Positions 23,725 through 37,990 of a stretch of 64,000 nucleotides of DNA are shown here, piece after piece. Origin of the DNA: Selaginella moellendorffii (lineage: Eukaryota; Plantae; Lycopodiophyta); contig NW_003314271.1 of the NCBI RefSeq assembly GCF_000143415.4, positions 1,038,882-1,102,881 on the forward strand, read 5' to 3'. Within the stretch, counting starts at the first letter, position 1, and the number at the start of each line of letters is the position of its first letter. The position numbers were made by a program, and so were the translations under genes. The notes beneath the pieces were generated by a model that saw only the letters and a program-made list of their open reading frames with translations, ran no database searches and was not told where the DNA came from.

Positions 23725-26700
23725 ACACTTCCACATGTCATGTGTTGGTCCTTTTGGGTCCCTTTTTGGAGCCTCGCTTTTTGCTCGCTTCGTGCTCGTT
23801 CCTCGAGCACTTCGTTGGGAGTTCCACTCCCGCTCTTGACTTTTCAAGTCGGAGCTTTTGGTCCAAACGTGTTACGCTCGTTTGGCTCTCGCTTCAGCCA
23901 CCACCACGTGGCACCCTTTCCGGCTCCACTTTGGGGCCTAGGGATTTTGTATCTCACAACTCCACCACCCATAGACGAAGTTTGATGTCCTCATCGAACG
24001 GTAAACCATTTTGTAAAGTAACACTCGCATGTGTTACCATTTCCATCCTTGGCACTTAGCCAATATTTGTCAATGGTTTGACATTGAAGGCTCACCATGC
24101 CTTTTGCATATGCCTCAATGGTTTGACACCAAAGGCTCACCATGCCTTGCCTATCCTCTAAGGAGGGTAGTTTCTCCAACTTAGAGACTGATTGGGCCAC
24201 ATGTAGTGGTTCTCTCCTTTTATTGGTTTAGTTCTCGCTAAACCTCTTAGAGACCCTTCTCTAAGTCAATCCTACTATTCCTTCTCGAGTAGTCTCAATT
24301 TCCGTTTATTGAATGTTTGCACCTTGGAACTTTTACTCTTTTTGACTTTTGGAAGTCAATTTCCTAGGTGTCTCCAACACCTTGCATTGCACAAATTGTG
24401 CAACTCCACTTCCCTATCCTAGGAAGTTCATTACTTGAGGGCACCATCATCCTCTCTTCTATTTCGTGCCACCTTGGGCACTAAGTTCCATTTATCACAC
24501 TTTGTGCTAGGGTTGTCCATCGCCCTATCATTTGGCTACCTTACCGCTCCCTCCCTTGGAGCTTCCACTTTTGCCAAATCGGAGCAATTCGGAATCCATC
24601 CTTGGAAACACACTTCCTTTCCCGCAATTTGTTAGCGTCCAACACGTTAGTGTTCCTCGCCTAACTTTGTCACTTGGATTCCTTCCAAGGGATTCCACGG
24701 CCCTATCTTGGCCACTCATCTTTTGCTCCTATCCGTTGATTGTTGCACCAAGCAACATTGAATCTCTACCTCCCTCCTTGAGGTATTCTTTTGATTCCAT
24801 AGCAAAGGCTCTGCTTTGCCAAAACTAGGGTGTTCACCCCTAGTAAGTCTCTTTTAGCATCTTCTGCTGTGGGCTCTATCCTCGGCCTAACTTTGTGACC
24901 CTCTCATGGGTCTCTTTAGAGACTACTTTCCTTGGACACACTATGCCATCGCAATGACATAGCTCATTTCCCTAGGTGCTTTTCCCACTTGGTCACCTTG
25001 ACCAAGCCACACCATCATCAATAGTTCAAATCAACACTTTGAACTAGGAACCTTATTCCTTAACCCAAACAAGGACCTTGTCCTTATTTAGCCACAAGAT
25101 CACCTAGTGATCTCACCTCGGCACCTTAACAGGTTTGCCAATAGGTACTAGGTCTTCCAAACCTTTAACTTGTTAACTACGACCCCGGGGGCATCCCCCA
25201 CACTTGGCGGTGCGCCCAAGCCAGCCCTTCCGGCCAAGGGTCCATAACAACTAAGATTAGGTGTCCCCATCTCACTCAACACGTCCTTGGTGCCACTTGC
25301 ACCAAAGCGTTCAAGTTAGATATGCCGAGCTTTCACACTAAGCAATCTAACCGTGCATCACGACTCCGAGGCATCCCTCGCTTGGCGGTGTGCCCAAACC
25401 AGTCTCCCCACTAAGAATCCATGACCACCGAAATATGAGTGTCCTCATATTCCAAACCATCACCACGCCCTAGTGATTTGGGACTCGAACCCAAGCACTA
25501 GAGGGTCGGGACTCGAACCCAACCTTCGTATATGCATCTACGGACGGCATCACCCAGGATGCCTGGCGTGACTCCCCACGCCGGTGCACCAACTTATACT
25601 CAAAGCGCGCTATAGATCACAGCTTAGGAACCTAGTTCCTCCACACTGCCAAGTCCTCTCACTTGACAAGTCTGTGATCATGCATGGACTCCTCCATGCT
25701 TGGCCCCATGGCCCACCCTTTTGAAGTTATCACCTTCAACTAAGGCATTTGTTCCCCTGACTTGCCAATCTCGCTTTGGCAAGTCCTCTAACCACTGTAA
25801 CATGGTTCCTGCACAAGCGTGAAAGCCTTTGATCATCGACTTTCGTTCAAAGCCCTCTCTTTGAACACTCGGGAACTACTTCCCTAACCTTGATAGCCTT
25901 GCCTCATGGCAAGCTTCAAGACCATGCTTCTGCTGCGCCACTCTGATTTCGCGCGTTCTTTGAACCATTTACGCTTGGCCTTTCTAGGTACTAAGCTACC
26001 TAGAATCATCTTTGGGAACCTTGAAGGAACTCTGTCCCTTAGCTTGCTAAGGCCTCCCTTTTTGCAAGCTTTCCAATTACCATATAGTCTAACATGGACA
26101 ATTCCATATTTTAGACTCTCCATGGCATCACGGTTGCTAGTGGCAACCCCTCGAGCCCCCACTTGATTCTCCACTCCCAGCTGGCATAACCAACCTTGGT
26201 TATGCCCTTCGATTCCTATGGTTCAGTTCCACCCCCTTACTTCTTGCTTTTGGCTTCACACCTTTTCTTTGGTCATTCTCCTCCAGACCAGGAGGATAGC
26301 TTTGCACTTTCTATCATGCTTTAGCAAGTATTCTTAGGGATGAACCTACCCGATAGCCTAGGGAGTGGTTCCTCAATCCAGGTATGCTCACCCTATAATC
26401 CCACAGACCGAGATTACGTTGTTGCTTATGGGCCTTTACATGCCCATCGCTAGCCTTGCCAAAATTCCATTTTTGGCTTTGTCCAATTCAAGTAGACAGT
26501 CTTCTCCTGTCTCCGCCACCTTGGACATTTGGGATAGCACCTTCTATCCATCATTCGCTAGGGACTTAGTCCCTTGGGCCTTATCTATTGCCCTCACGAC
26601 ATCAAACACCACCTCCTGGTGTTCTAGAGTGTTCGGGTGTCCCAATGACAGCTTCCTTGACAATGAGTATTTCCTTTCATGACATTGACTTACTATATCG

Positions 26701-29064
26701 CAACATAAGCAACTTATCCCCCGTAAGGGTATATCCAACTTCTTTATGCCATTAAGAAGGGTTGGGTAGCTACCTTCTACCCGTTTAACCAATTATTTTG
26801 CACCTTTTGCTTAGTTGCCTCATAGTTGTCAAGTCCTACAACTCATTGCTGGTGCTTCCACACCTCCATTATTATCTGGGTCACCACACTCCAGCTGCAT
26901 GCTCTACAGCTTAGGCTATGCCATTCCCATTTCCATTGGGATTCCTTTGGCAAGGGGTTCTCATGAACCCACCAACATAGCCTCAAGGTATCACACCTTG
27001 GCACATTTGGTGTCTCCACACCATCAGCTCCACGAGCCTACCTCTATGACACTTTTTCTTTGTGTCTAAGTCTTTTGCCAAGACCAATATAATTGTTCCT
27101 CATGCTAACTATCTGTTAGCACCACACCATAGAGTTTGCACCCAAATCTGGGCCAAAGTTGCTTTCTCCTGGGAATATCTTTCCCACAACTTTAGTATGG
27201 CACATTCTGCCATCGATGAGATACCCTTTGTTCTCATCCTTGGATCCTATGATCCCCCCCCCATCCTTCGTGGGGTACCACACACCTCAGTCCAAATGCT
27301 TCCATCAATCCTTTAGGATTATTCCTTGACTCTATTGGAGTCATCCAGCTTTTTAGACTTTGTCATCCGACGACCCATGAGGTCCTACCTTTGAGGTGCC
27401 AGCTCACTGGAATACAACTTCTTGTATTCAAGTCCTACTCACAAGGACCATCTTTGCAAGTGTTACTCCGACACTTGATTTGTTCTCTTGGGGCAACCTT
27501 TTGCCTCTTAAGACCACTTGTCCATGTGATGAGGATACCAACTCATCCTCTAAGTGCATCCCCAACTCCTTGGGTTGTTCCAGCATTTATCAAGAGTAAC
27601 CTCAGCTACCATTTCAAGGACTTGTGTCCTTTCCTATACTTGACCTCCCACGGTCATCAATTCCGGTCTCAAAGTTATGAGCACCAGCCTCAACTATATG
27701 AGGGTAATCTTGTGACTCCTTTATTATTTTGGAGTCTACATCTTTCCCGTGATCCCAATTATAGTTGTTTACCACAACTACGTTAGCCCGTTTGCTGCGT
27801 CAAACGCTCATCTGGATCACATCCTCAGCTCTCTAAGGAAACCTTATACTGTTCCCAAGATCCCAAAGTCGTTCTATTATTGGCCCTTTTCTATCCACCA
27901 CATCGTGCCCAAGTTCACGCATGAACTTGAGTGGAGAGCCATGTCCTCTCGACATGCTACTCCTCAAGGATAGGCCCACTCCTAGGACCTTCCAATGCCA
28001 ACATCAATGGTGATATACTTGAGCACCAATAAAAGTCAGACTAAGGAACAGCTCCGATACCAAGTTGTAAGCGACTAAATTTTCCATTCTACTTTAGTCA
28101 CTTAACCACACCTCCGACCACTTGGAGGAGTCTCATTCACAACCTCCATCAGTCCAATTCAGGACTTGGGACTTGCTAGCCCCAAGAATGGCATCCATGC
28201 CACTCAACACTTGCACCTGGTCCAAGGGCTCCTCATGTCCGGTCCCAAGACCGACACCCAAAGGTACCACTGACATCTCGGCCCGTTACGCTAAGGCCAT
28301 GCCCATTCACCTCTGCTGCACTAGTGGTCCAATACCACTTGCATCACAATCCCGTCTCTCCAAGACTGGGCCATCTGTCCACGAGTGGTCATCCTAGATC
28401 CACTCCTTAGCATCCTTAGGATGCCCACAGACCTGGGGAATTGCCTTCCCCAAAGTCCCTTTGTTAGTTCCTACCAAGTCCCTTTCTGCCCCTGGCAATG
28501 TTTGCCAACACTGCCACTGGATTGAGGCCCACAGGCCCGACCCCTAAGTCCCATGGTCCTCTGGGACTTCTTCACCACACGACTGTGTCCTTGGTCACTA
28601 CCCCAGAGGACTGCTCCTCTTCCTTTCCACAGTCTAGGCCTTTGGGACAACATTTCGGAACACCGTGGCCTTACGCGAGCCACCTGGGTACTCTCCCCGC
28701 CTTTCGCCTTTAGGTGCTCTAGCCATGGGCTTAGAGCGAGGTTCCGTTGAGCCACGCTTGGTATCCAAGTAGGTAGTGCCACCCACACTTGGACTGGGAG
28801 CATCGGCCAGTCGATCTCCCGGGGGAACTAGAGCCGGCTCTTGAACACTTCACCAAGCTACCCCGCTTGTCGGTCCGTATTCACTCTAGTCTTGGACTTC
28901 CCAGTGGTCAGTTCATCACCCAACACTGGGTCTGGCCTTCCTGGGCCAAACTGGCCTTTCCTGGCCAAACTGGCTCCACTGCAGTCCTCCCCCCTACTAT
29001 TCTTTTGGAGCTCACCAAACCCCCCAGGGTCTGGGAGATGAACGCTTTGGGCTTTCACCCTCTC

Positions 29065-29589
29065 AGACTCGAACTCGGACTCGGACTTGGACTCGGACTC
29101 GGACTCGGACTCGGACTCGGACTCGGGCTCGGGCTCGGTCTCAGCCTTGGCCTCGGCCTCGGTCTCGGTCCCGGTCTCGCTCTCGACTTCGGACTCCATC
29201 TCGGACTCCATCTCGGACTCCATCTCGGACTCCATCTCGGACTCTATCTCGGACTCCATCTCGGGTCCATCTCGGACTCCATCTCGGGTCCATCTCGGAC
29301 TCCATCTCGGGTCCATCTCGGACTCCATTTCGGGTCCATCTCGGACTCCATCTCGGGTCCATCTCAGACTCCATCTCGGACTCCATTTCGGGTCCATCTC
29401 GGGTCCACCTCAGACTCCATCTCAGACTCCATTTCGGGTCCATCTCGGACTCCATCTCAGACTCCATTTCGGGTCCATCTCGGGTCCACCTCGGACTCCA
29501 ACTCGGGTCCATCTCGGACTCCACTTCGGACTCCAACTCGGGTCCATCTCGGACTCCACTTCGGACTCCAACTCGAGTCCATCTCGGAC
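29065..29589. repeat. LTR minisatellite, 5' LTR of C
   Basis: Same units, longer array than the sister LTR. Confidence 0.95.
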
Positions 29590-30316
29590 ACTTCCACGTG
29601 TCATGTGTTGGTCCTTTTGGGTCCCTTTTTGGAGCCTCGCTTTTTGCTTGCTTCGTGCTCGTTCCTCGAGCACTTCGTTGGGAGTTCCACTCCCACTCTT
29701 GACTTTTCAAGTCGGAGCTTTTGGTCCAAACGTGTTATGCTCGTTTGGCTCTTGCTTCAGCCACCACCACGTGGCACCCTTTCCGGCTCCACTTTGGGGC
29801 CTAGGGATTTTGTGTCTCACACGTGGGACTTAGTGGTCGGGCCTATGGGCCTCGATCCAGTGGCAGTGTTGGCAAACACGGCCAGGGGCAGAAAGGGACT
29901 TAGTGGGGACTGATAGAGGGATATTGGGGAAGGCTATTCCCCTTGTCGGTGGGCATCCTAAGGATGCTAAGGAGTGGATCTGAGATGACCACTCACGGAT
30001 GGTTTGCCTAGTCTTGGAGAGCCAAGACTGTGATGCAAGTGGTATTGGACTACTAGTGTGGCAAAGGTGATTGGGCATGGCCTTAGCGTAACAGGCTGCC
30101 ATGTCGGTGGTACCTTTGAGTGTCGGTCGTGGGATCGGACACGTGGAGCACTTGGACCAAGTGCAAATGTTGAGTGGCATGGATGCCATTCTCGGGGCTA
30201 GCAAGTCCCAAGTCCTGAATTGGACTTATGGAGGTTGTGATTGAGACTCCTCCAAGTGGTCGGAGGTGTGGTTAAGTGACTAAAGTAGAATGGAAAAATT
30301 AATTTCTTACAGAGCC

Positions 30317-30457
30317 CTTCATTGGGAGTTCCACTTCGACCTTTCGAGTCGAAGCTTTTAGTCTATATGTGTTACACTCATTTGGCTTCTGCCTCAACCA
30401 CTACCACATGGCACCCTTTCGGCTCCTCTTTGGGGTCTAAGGATTTTATGTCTCACA
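30317..30457 (-). mobile_element. Solo LTR 'A' (right part)
   Basis: Continues the sequence broken at 14966 and ends ..TATGTCTCACA. Confidence 0.85.
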
Positions 30458-32227
30458 ATTTTCCATCCTAGAGAAAGAATGACTTTCAATCTAGGAATCC
30501 AAATTCTCAAGACTCAACTAACTTCCTTTTACCTACAACTTCACATAGGTTCATTTCAATATTAATTCTCATGACCTAACAGTATGCTTAAGCATCAAAC
30601 ATCATGCCCATATTTCCAATATCCAACATCGACTTCCGTAAAATGCAAGTGAATACCCAAGACTCAATTATAAAGACCATATCTTCAAATACTCATATTG
30701 CACTAACACTCTTCTTCAATCACTTTCAAGATCTAGTATGAAGCCAAAATACTAATAAAAAAAAATAACATGGAAAATCAAACTTTAAAGAAAATTTCTC
30801 ATCACTCAAAATAACAATGTCACTTCCACTAACATAAATGTTAGAAATATCAATACCTCAACTTCACACATTCTCCATCCAACACTCTACTTTCTAAGTG
30901 TTAACAAATAAATTAATAAGCCATAGCATGTAAGTGCTATAACTTTTTTTAACACCTCAATGGGTAAACCTTTAAGAAAAAAAAGTACCAACTTAAGTTT
31001 AGCATAATGAATCACCATCAAGAATTTAGTCAAAGCTATTATAATGCTACTATATGCAAGTGGACTAGCTTCACTATCAACCACTTTGGGGTTGATCATC
31101 ATTTAACCAAGTAACTTTGTAAACATATTACTCACTATCATATAGATATTATATAACAATCACAATAACTTGATCACTAATCAAGCAACACCATAAACAA
31201 TGCTTATGTCACTACTATAAAGATTTATGTGAGTATTAAATACTATATTGATTTAATAAAATGCAATATAAATACCACACCCACCGATAGAGATCTACAA
31301 TACCTAATACTATTAACTTTTGTTCATAACATAGATAAGCTCATGCCACTCTTTTTCTAACAAAACTCAAAACTAATTTTACACCAAACTACTTAAAGAG
31401 CAATAGTAAAATTCCCACAAAAAAAAATTTGAACATTGTAACCTAAATCTTTAATAGCAAGCCTAGACAAAATGATTTAGCGCTCCATCACTATCCATCC
31501 CACGACTCACCACTTGTAAAATTATCATAACCAACATACATCAAAAGTAAGAACTCTTGATTGCATAATATGAATATGAGTAATGAAATTACACATTGTT
31601 GCCAAATCATCTCTCTAAATAAAAAATGATTTATATGTTTGATCCTTTGTCCTCGATGACCCTTTTTTCGGTTTCATCTTAACTAAATCTCAAGCTTGTG
31701 TTCGCACTACCTTTAGTCCAATCCAAGAAGAGCTTATGAGAGAGCATAGTAATGATTACTTGAATTAATAGACTAATCCCTACAATTTTAATTAATCCAC
31801 TTATAATCATGCCTAGGAAGGATCCACTAGTGTCGTGCTAAATAGCTATGAACCAGTCTATTTGCCACTTATAATAAACCCAAAGAATGTTTATTTTACA
31901 TGGAACAACTTATGGAACCACCGATAGGCTAACATTAATCCTGCCAACTCAAAGTGTAACTTTGAGTTGCTAATGTGCTTTACTTATGAGCCTAAGCGCA
32001 AACTCATGCAAATGGAACATCTCACTTCCACCTTATGAATCCAAGTGCAAACTCACATAATATGATACAAAAGGTAACCAAAATTCATATCCAAAGAACA
32101 AATACAAAGTTATAACAATCAAACATATACCCACTCCGATCATCATTTACATCTTTGTGTATGCAAAAAGACTAAGTGCCCAATTTCATTAGATAATACT
32201 TGTTGAAACTTATTCTCTAAGACCAAA

Positions 32228-33160
32228 TGTAACATACATGGTTTTCACTTTTTATCCTATGGTGATTACCATAGGATAACCATAAAGTGGAATCTATCCC
32301 TCCATGTACCATGTGTCACATGCTATGTGTTTGGGGACAGTGGAGTGGAACTTGAGTTTCAAGGTCTTGGGCCACTGAATGAAGGGACAGAACTCAACTC
32401 CTAAGCTTGCAGCTAAGGAGTGAAGGAACTGGAGCACAAAACGACTCTTAAACATTAAACTTAAGGAACAAAGGGATAAGAGCACAAAGTGATATTGGAA
32501 TAGTTTTAGAGCTTTTAACATCCCAATGCCAAGATTAACACGTAAAACACAACTAAACGAAGTTTGCCACTATTTTAGTATACCGATGGCCTAACACGAG
32601 GATATAGGTGCTCCACTAACTAACATGATATGGAATTTTGGGCTTAGACCTAGGCTAGACGTAAAACAAAAACAAGCATGCAAGTGGGAGCTAGACTATG
32701 CTTTAGGTTGGTCAGCTATGCCTGACGTACCCACTATCCCTATTATACATTTAGGTTATGCTTAATTAATAGTACGCAAAAATTTTATCCTTATGCTCAT
32801 CCAGTCTAAATACAACTAACATGATATGGAATTTTGGGCTTAGACCTAGGCTAGACGTAAAACAAAAACAAGCATGCAAGTGGGAGCTAGACTATGCTTT
32901 AGGTTGGTCAGCTATGCCTGACGTACCCACTATCCCTATTATACATTTAGGTTATGCTTAATTAATAGTACGCAAAAATTTTATCCTTATGCTCATCCAG
33001 TCTAAATACACTTGAAATGCCCAATTAACTCCACTAGCACAAAAGGAACTGATAAAGGGTCCAGCAATACCAACCTCCTACCATTATGCAATTAAGGAAA
33101 AAATATCCGAAAGGACTAACTGACAAATAGCTTTCGATACCCGTAGTCACATTCACAACA
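32228..33160 (-). repeat. 5' LTR of element D
   Basis: TG..CA termini, PBS-like sequence adjacent, homologous to 9299-10290. Confidence 0.78.
32618..33009. repeat. 196-bp tandem duplication
   Basis: 32618-32813 repeated at 32814-33009, apparently identical. Confidence 0.93.
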
Positions 33161-33165
33161 GTAAG

Positions 33166-33539
33166 GGATTTAGTAGAGATTGAAAAAAGGATATTGAAGA
33201 ATGGTATTCCCCATCCTAAAGATGTTAAGGTGTAATTATAGGATGATCACTCTTGGACAAATAACTTAATTTTAGAAAGGTAAGACTATGGTTTAAATAC
33301 TCTTGGACTACTAAGGGCAAATAGACATAGCTTTAGTACAATAGATTAATATATTGGTGGTACCTTTGGGTTTTTAGAGTAGAATTTAAATATACGATCA
33401 AGTGCAAAAGGTATATGCCTTGAAGGACACCTTTAAGTACCCTAAGATGGGATGAAAATTTATAGAGGTTATAAGTGAAATTATTCAAAGTGATTAAAGG
33501 TATGGTTGAATGACTAAAGTAAAATGAAAATCACTTATA
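33166..33539 (+). mobile_element. Old LTR 'E' (right part)
   Basis: GGATTTAGTAGAGATTG..TGACTAAAGTAAAATGAAAATCACTTATA is colinear with the last ~400 bp of the young LTR (16445-16837). Confidence 0.72.
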
Positions 33540-36500
33540 TAAAAAAAATGGATATAAAGACATTTTTGAGTTTCTTCTTGAAATATTGAGTGTAGTGTAT
33601 GTGATCTGGACTCCTTCTTGAACTTTATCTTGGACTACTATCACCATATATTATTGAACTTTGGGGATAAAATAGCCATTAAGGATCTCTCATTAAATAA
33701 TTGTCCCTTTTTCAATTGGCATAGAAAGTAGTGTGCTATAAAGAGGCGAAGGTTAACTTCACATGGGAAGAGTAATAAGCCAAAAAGTAAGGCCAAGAAG
33801 AACAAAGGATTGAAAGAGTAAATAATAGTAGGAGAAAGGATAATTTAATTCTTTGTGAATAAAAGTAAATGCCCTTATAATGAGAATGGGGATGACTATT
33901 AAAAGCCAACTCCCCTAAGAGACAAAATGTTACACCATCGTCTTTAAGACGAAGAAGGCCTTCCAGAGAGTAAAAGATATTATAGTATGATTGATGATAA
34001 TTAGGAATAAAGGAATAGAGGTTGATAATAAACATTTTTTAAAATAAATAAAAGAGAAGATTATTGTAAACCACCTCCAAAAGTAGTGGCAATTGAATAA
34101 CAAGAGATTATCCTAAAAAAGTACTACATTATTATGTCAAGACCAATTTCAATTAATATTACAAAGGACAAGGGCTTTGTAAGGGTGAATTATCCTTATA
34201 TTTTACACCATCCAATCGTATAGTATGTGAAATGGACCTTTATGTTAGTGATAAAAACCATTAAAAATTTTGGGAAAATAGATCAAGAACAAGGTTGGAT
34301 ATGCTCTATCAACTCTTATAACTATGCCAGACCAAGATATATGTAAAAACATAAAAGCTTTGATAGTGTATAATTTCAATTAAAACCCACAAAGGTTTTT
34401 GATTCTTGAAGACAACTTCATAAAGTAATAATTGAATTCATTTAGATCTTAAGGGACTTAACAAATAAGCCTTTATTATTGGGTGGAGAGATAGCATTTT
34501 GACAACACCCAAGAATACTAAAATGGTTAACATTAATATGTGTATGTGAATGAATGTGGGTAATATATGAAAAGGAAGATCAACTATAAACAATAAGTGA
34601 ACATCACTAAGATAAGTAGAAAGAATATTAGAAATAATTTTTTGTGTGTGCAAAAGCATTGTCTTTCAAGTGTGAATTTGGTATATAAGTTTGCAAAAAA
34701 AAAAAAAAAACTTTTGGAATCTGACAATAAGATGTAATGGGGGGATACTAGTAGTGGTTAAAGGTTTGTGTGAATCATTTTATAATAGACATAATATTAA
34801 TTCTAGGGTTAAGTGTAATGTGTTTAATTTAAAATCAAAGATATGACTAAGGCTTGTTGGTAAGTCATTCATTAGAGAGGGATTATTTTTTTCAAGAGAT
34901 CTTAAAGGAGCTCCTTTAATTTTATCAAAGATAAATAGACTATTTTTATTTGTCACCAAATTTATTTCATAATAATGAGAAACCAGATATTGCCACAAAG
35001 TATAAGGATTTCTTAGATCACTGTTTTGTTAACAATATTGATCCTTAAAAATGTGGAATTAAGAGGCCTATATTAGTATAAAAAAACACTTTGAAAATGT
35101 ATTCACTAATTATTGTGTAAAAAAGAGTTAGAAAGTCAACAAGTTCATGGCTAAAATAACCAGTGAGCTCCAAAAAAACATAGAATAAGTGAAAGAGAAC
35201 ATTTAATAAAATACAAGTGATTAAAAAGAATATAAAAGCTCTCAAAAGATTGATCAAGAAACATCTAAAAGATGTTATATTTTAAACATAATTATCAAAA
35301 ATAAAGTAGTAATTGTTCACTTTAGAAGTGGAAAAATGCTTCACATTTTCAATAGAGATTCTCTGATCTTCATTCACTATAGATGAATCGATTGATCCGT
35401 TGGTCATTCTATGGACCCAAACCTGGGTGATCTATCTATAACCAAGATGAAGCTTGGATGAAACTAGGTGGAGGTTCAAACTAATAGATGTTGAAAAATG
35501 GAAGCATTCATTAGATCTAGATATTTAAGATGGATTATTAGTGAAAACTTGTTAAATAAAATATTTTATAAGTCAATATAAAGTTTAAGATATCATCCCC
35601 TTTTAAGGATGATTATGGTATGATGCATATAAGCCTAAAAAAAATGCATAAGATAGTGAAAGAATATTATTATTAGCTATTTAAAGCAAACCTTTGGAGT
35701 AAAGACACTAAGTATCATATGAAATGCTTAGATTATTAAAAAAGGAAGGACCATACTTAGATTGGATTGGATGAGAGTTATTACATATATAGAACAATGT
35801 GATAGCAATTGGAAAATGGCTAGAATGAGCAATTGTTAAGATTATAACATTTATACAAAAACATGATGATGCAGCTCTTATCAAGAATTGAAGATTGATA
35901 TTAATGCTCAATATGCTATACAAGGTAATTGTGAAGGTATTTACTAAGAGATTAAGATCAATATTATCAGAGGCTACATTATACATAAAAGTATTTTGTG
36001 GAAGGGAGATAGTTAGTGGATAATGTACACAAGGTAATTTTAACAATTACAAATCAATGATAAAAAAGTGTTGAGAGCCTTGATTTTATTAGACTATGAA
36101 AAAGTTGATTATAGAGTTGATATTTTAATAGGCAATTATGAGGAGTATTGGTATACCAAATAAATTTATAAGATAAATAGCTGCTCTATACTAAGATGTA
36201 GTTAGCAATGTCACAATTGATGGAAAATTGAAAAAATTATATATAATAGTATTTAATATGGCAAGGGTGTCCCTTGTTGTTTCTTTTGTAGGCAATGTTC
36301 TATCATATTACTTAGTGAGGAAAAATAGTCCTCAAAGATTGATGTTACTTGATTTGCTCTAAGATATAGCACTGGTTGTTGAGGTTGAATTCAAGTCTAA
36401 TGCTTTTGTGGATATTGCAAAAGGGACCCTAAAAAATCTAAATAGAGTTTAATAAAGTTGTTAACTAAGATTAACTATAAATTAGTTGGCATTTTGCTTC

Positions 36501-37808
36501 TAGAATTAAATCCATTTACATGGGGGGTTAAATCAGATTTCAAGTGGGTTAAAAGAAATGACATTACAATATATATTGGATTCTAATAGGTTGTATAAAT
36601 GATCCACTCCTATATAATCAAAAAGCAATGAAAAAGTTCAAAGAATAATTAAAGTTTTAGACATCATATAAATTGTCATTTTTTTCATGTGTGTGGTTGT
36701 GAACAAAATAATGCTTAGGAAATATTGTTCTTAATTGCATCATGAAATTTGGATAGAAAGATACTTAAAGATATAAATAAGTTTATACAAACATATGTTT
36801 AGAGTGGCCGTAACTTAAGGTATAGCCAAGGTAAAATAGAACTTTATTACAAAATTAAAACAAGATGGAAGAATTAATATAAATTGATATTGCATGGAAG
36901 TTAGAAAAAATAGAAATTTTCAAATCAGTACAAACTAGATTGTTAATCAATATTTCTCAATAACATGTTCAAATACAAATGGAGGTATTTAAAAACTTGA
37001 AAGCCCAATGCAACAAATTCTACAATGATAAAGATGAGAGATTAAAGGTGATGGTTATATAGGTATAGGTGCAAATGATCATTGCAATAACAGCCCAAAT
37101 GCTCCAACTAGAGAAAAGGGGAAAGAGAAATCAGTTAAAGAAAGTGCAAAATGAAGTATAGTTTTAACATTTTTTTATGGTAATGAGGTAAGGTAAATAT
37201 TTGTGAATGGAAGTGAACACCATTAAACAAATGGTTTCAATTGATACATCAAAACAACCTTAGCATGTAATTCACAAGCAACATCCCTCTCCGTTAGTAC
37301 TTTTAAAGTTCTTGAAAAGCTCTTTATTAGTTTTGTACTCAATAAAATTATACAAGTTTTTTTTTGTGTTTATCTAGTAAATAAAAGACACCATTTAATA
37401 AAGACAAACTCTTGGAAGTCAAAATAGAAGAACTAGAGAACCCTAGTTTTTGAAAGAAGAGAAAGATATAACTTCAAAATTTGATCTAGAGTAGGATACA
37501 TATCTAAAATTACTATAAAATAAAAATTGAAAACTAGAAACCTTATTTTGTTAAATTATGAATTTTATAATACTATTGTGTAGAATAACCTCTACATTTC
37601 ATAGATATGCCTCAATTGCTGATTTAGACATTTTCTATAAATATCTAATAGGACTAAATGAGACCAATATATATGGTGTTTGATGGACAAAATAAGTTAT
37701 TTTATAGTAATATTGAAGGACTAATGTTTTTTTGTCAAAACTAGTGTAAAATAAAGTAAATAAAAACTAAAAAGTCAAGCTAAGTATAAAGAGTTTCTAC
37801 TTTATATT

Positions 37809-37990
37809 TATTTAGCTAAATACAGATGCTAATTTACTAATACTTGAATAAGAGGGACTAATAAAAGGATCTAACAATACCAATCTTTTGCTATCGTGGT
37901 ATTTAGCTAAATACAGATGCTAGTTTACTAATACTTGAATAAGAGGGACTAATAAAAGGATTTAACAATACCAATCTTTTGCTATTGTGG
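37809..37990. repeat. 91-bp tandem duplication
   Basis: 37809-37899 and 37900-37990, with three transition differences. Confidence 0.9.

Larger units (their letters stand above)
22331..29821 (-). mobile_element. Non-autonomous LTR retroelement 'C', same family as B, inverted, inserted in the 3' LTR of B
   Basis: 5' LTR 28066-29821 and PBS TGGTATCGGAGC (28051-28062, minus). Internal region 23959-28050 is the reverse-complement homologue of 16853-20898. Purine tract 23959-23972. 3' LTR runs from the gap to 23958. The two LTRs are nearly identical outside the array. Confidence 0.92.
14967..30311 (+). mobile_element. Non-autonomous LTR retroelement 'B' (LARD-like)
   Basis: TG..CA termini and a perfect TSD GAGCC (14962-14966 / 30312-30316). 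5' LTR 14967-16837, PBS 16841-16852, ~4 kb internal region without gag/pol ORF, purine-rich tract 20885-20897. The 3' LTR starts at 20899, is interrupted by element C and resumes at 29822-30311. Confidence 0.92.
9299..33160 (-). mobile_element. Old LTR retrotransposon 'D' (different family), host of nested insertions
   Basis: Homologous LTRs at 9299-10290 and 32228-33160 (TGTAACA..CAACA). Degenerate PBS on the minus strand, TGGTCTTAGAG (32215-32225). PPT GGGGGGGAGAG on the minus strand (10291-10301). Flanks GTAAA (9294-9298) / GTAAG (33161-33165) form a near-perfect 5-bp TSD. Internal region decayed with no recognisable ORF. Confidence 0.75.
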
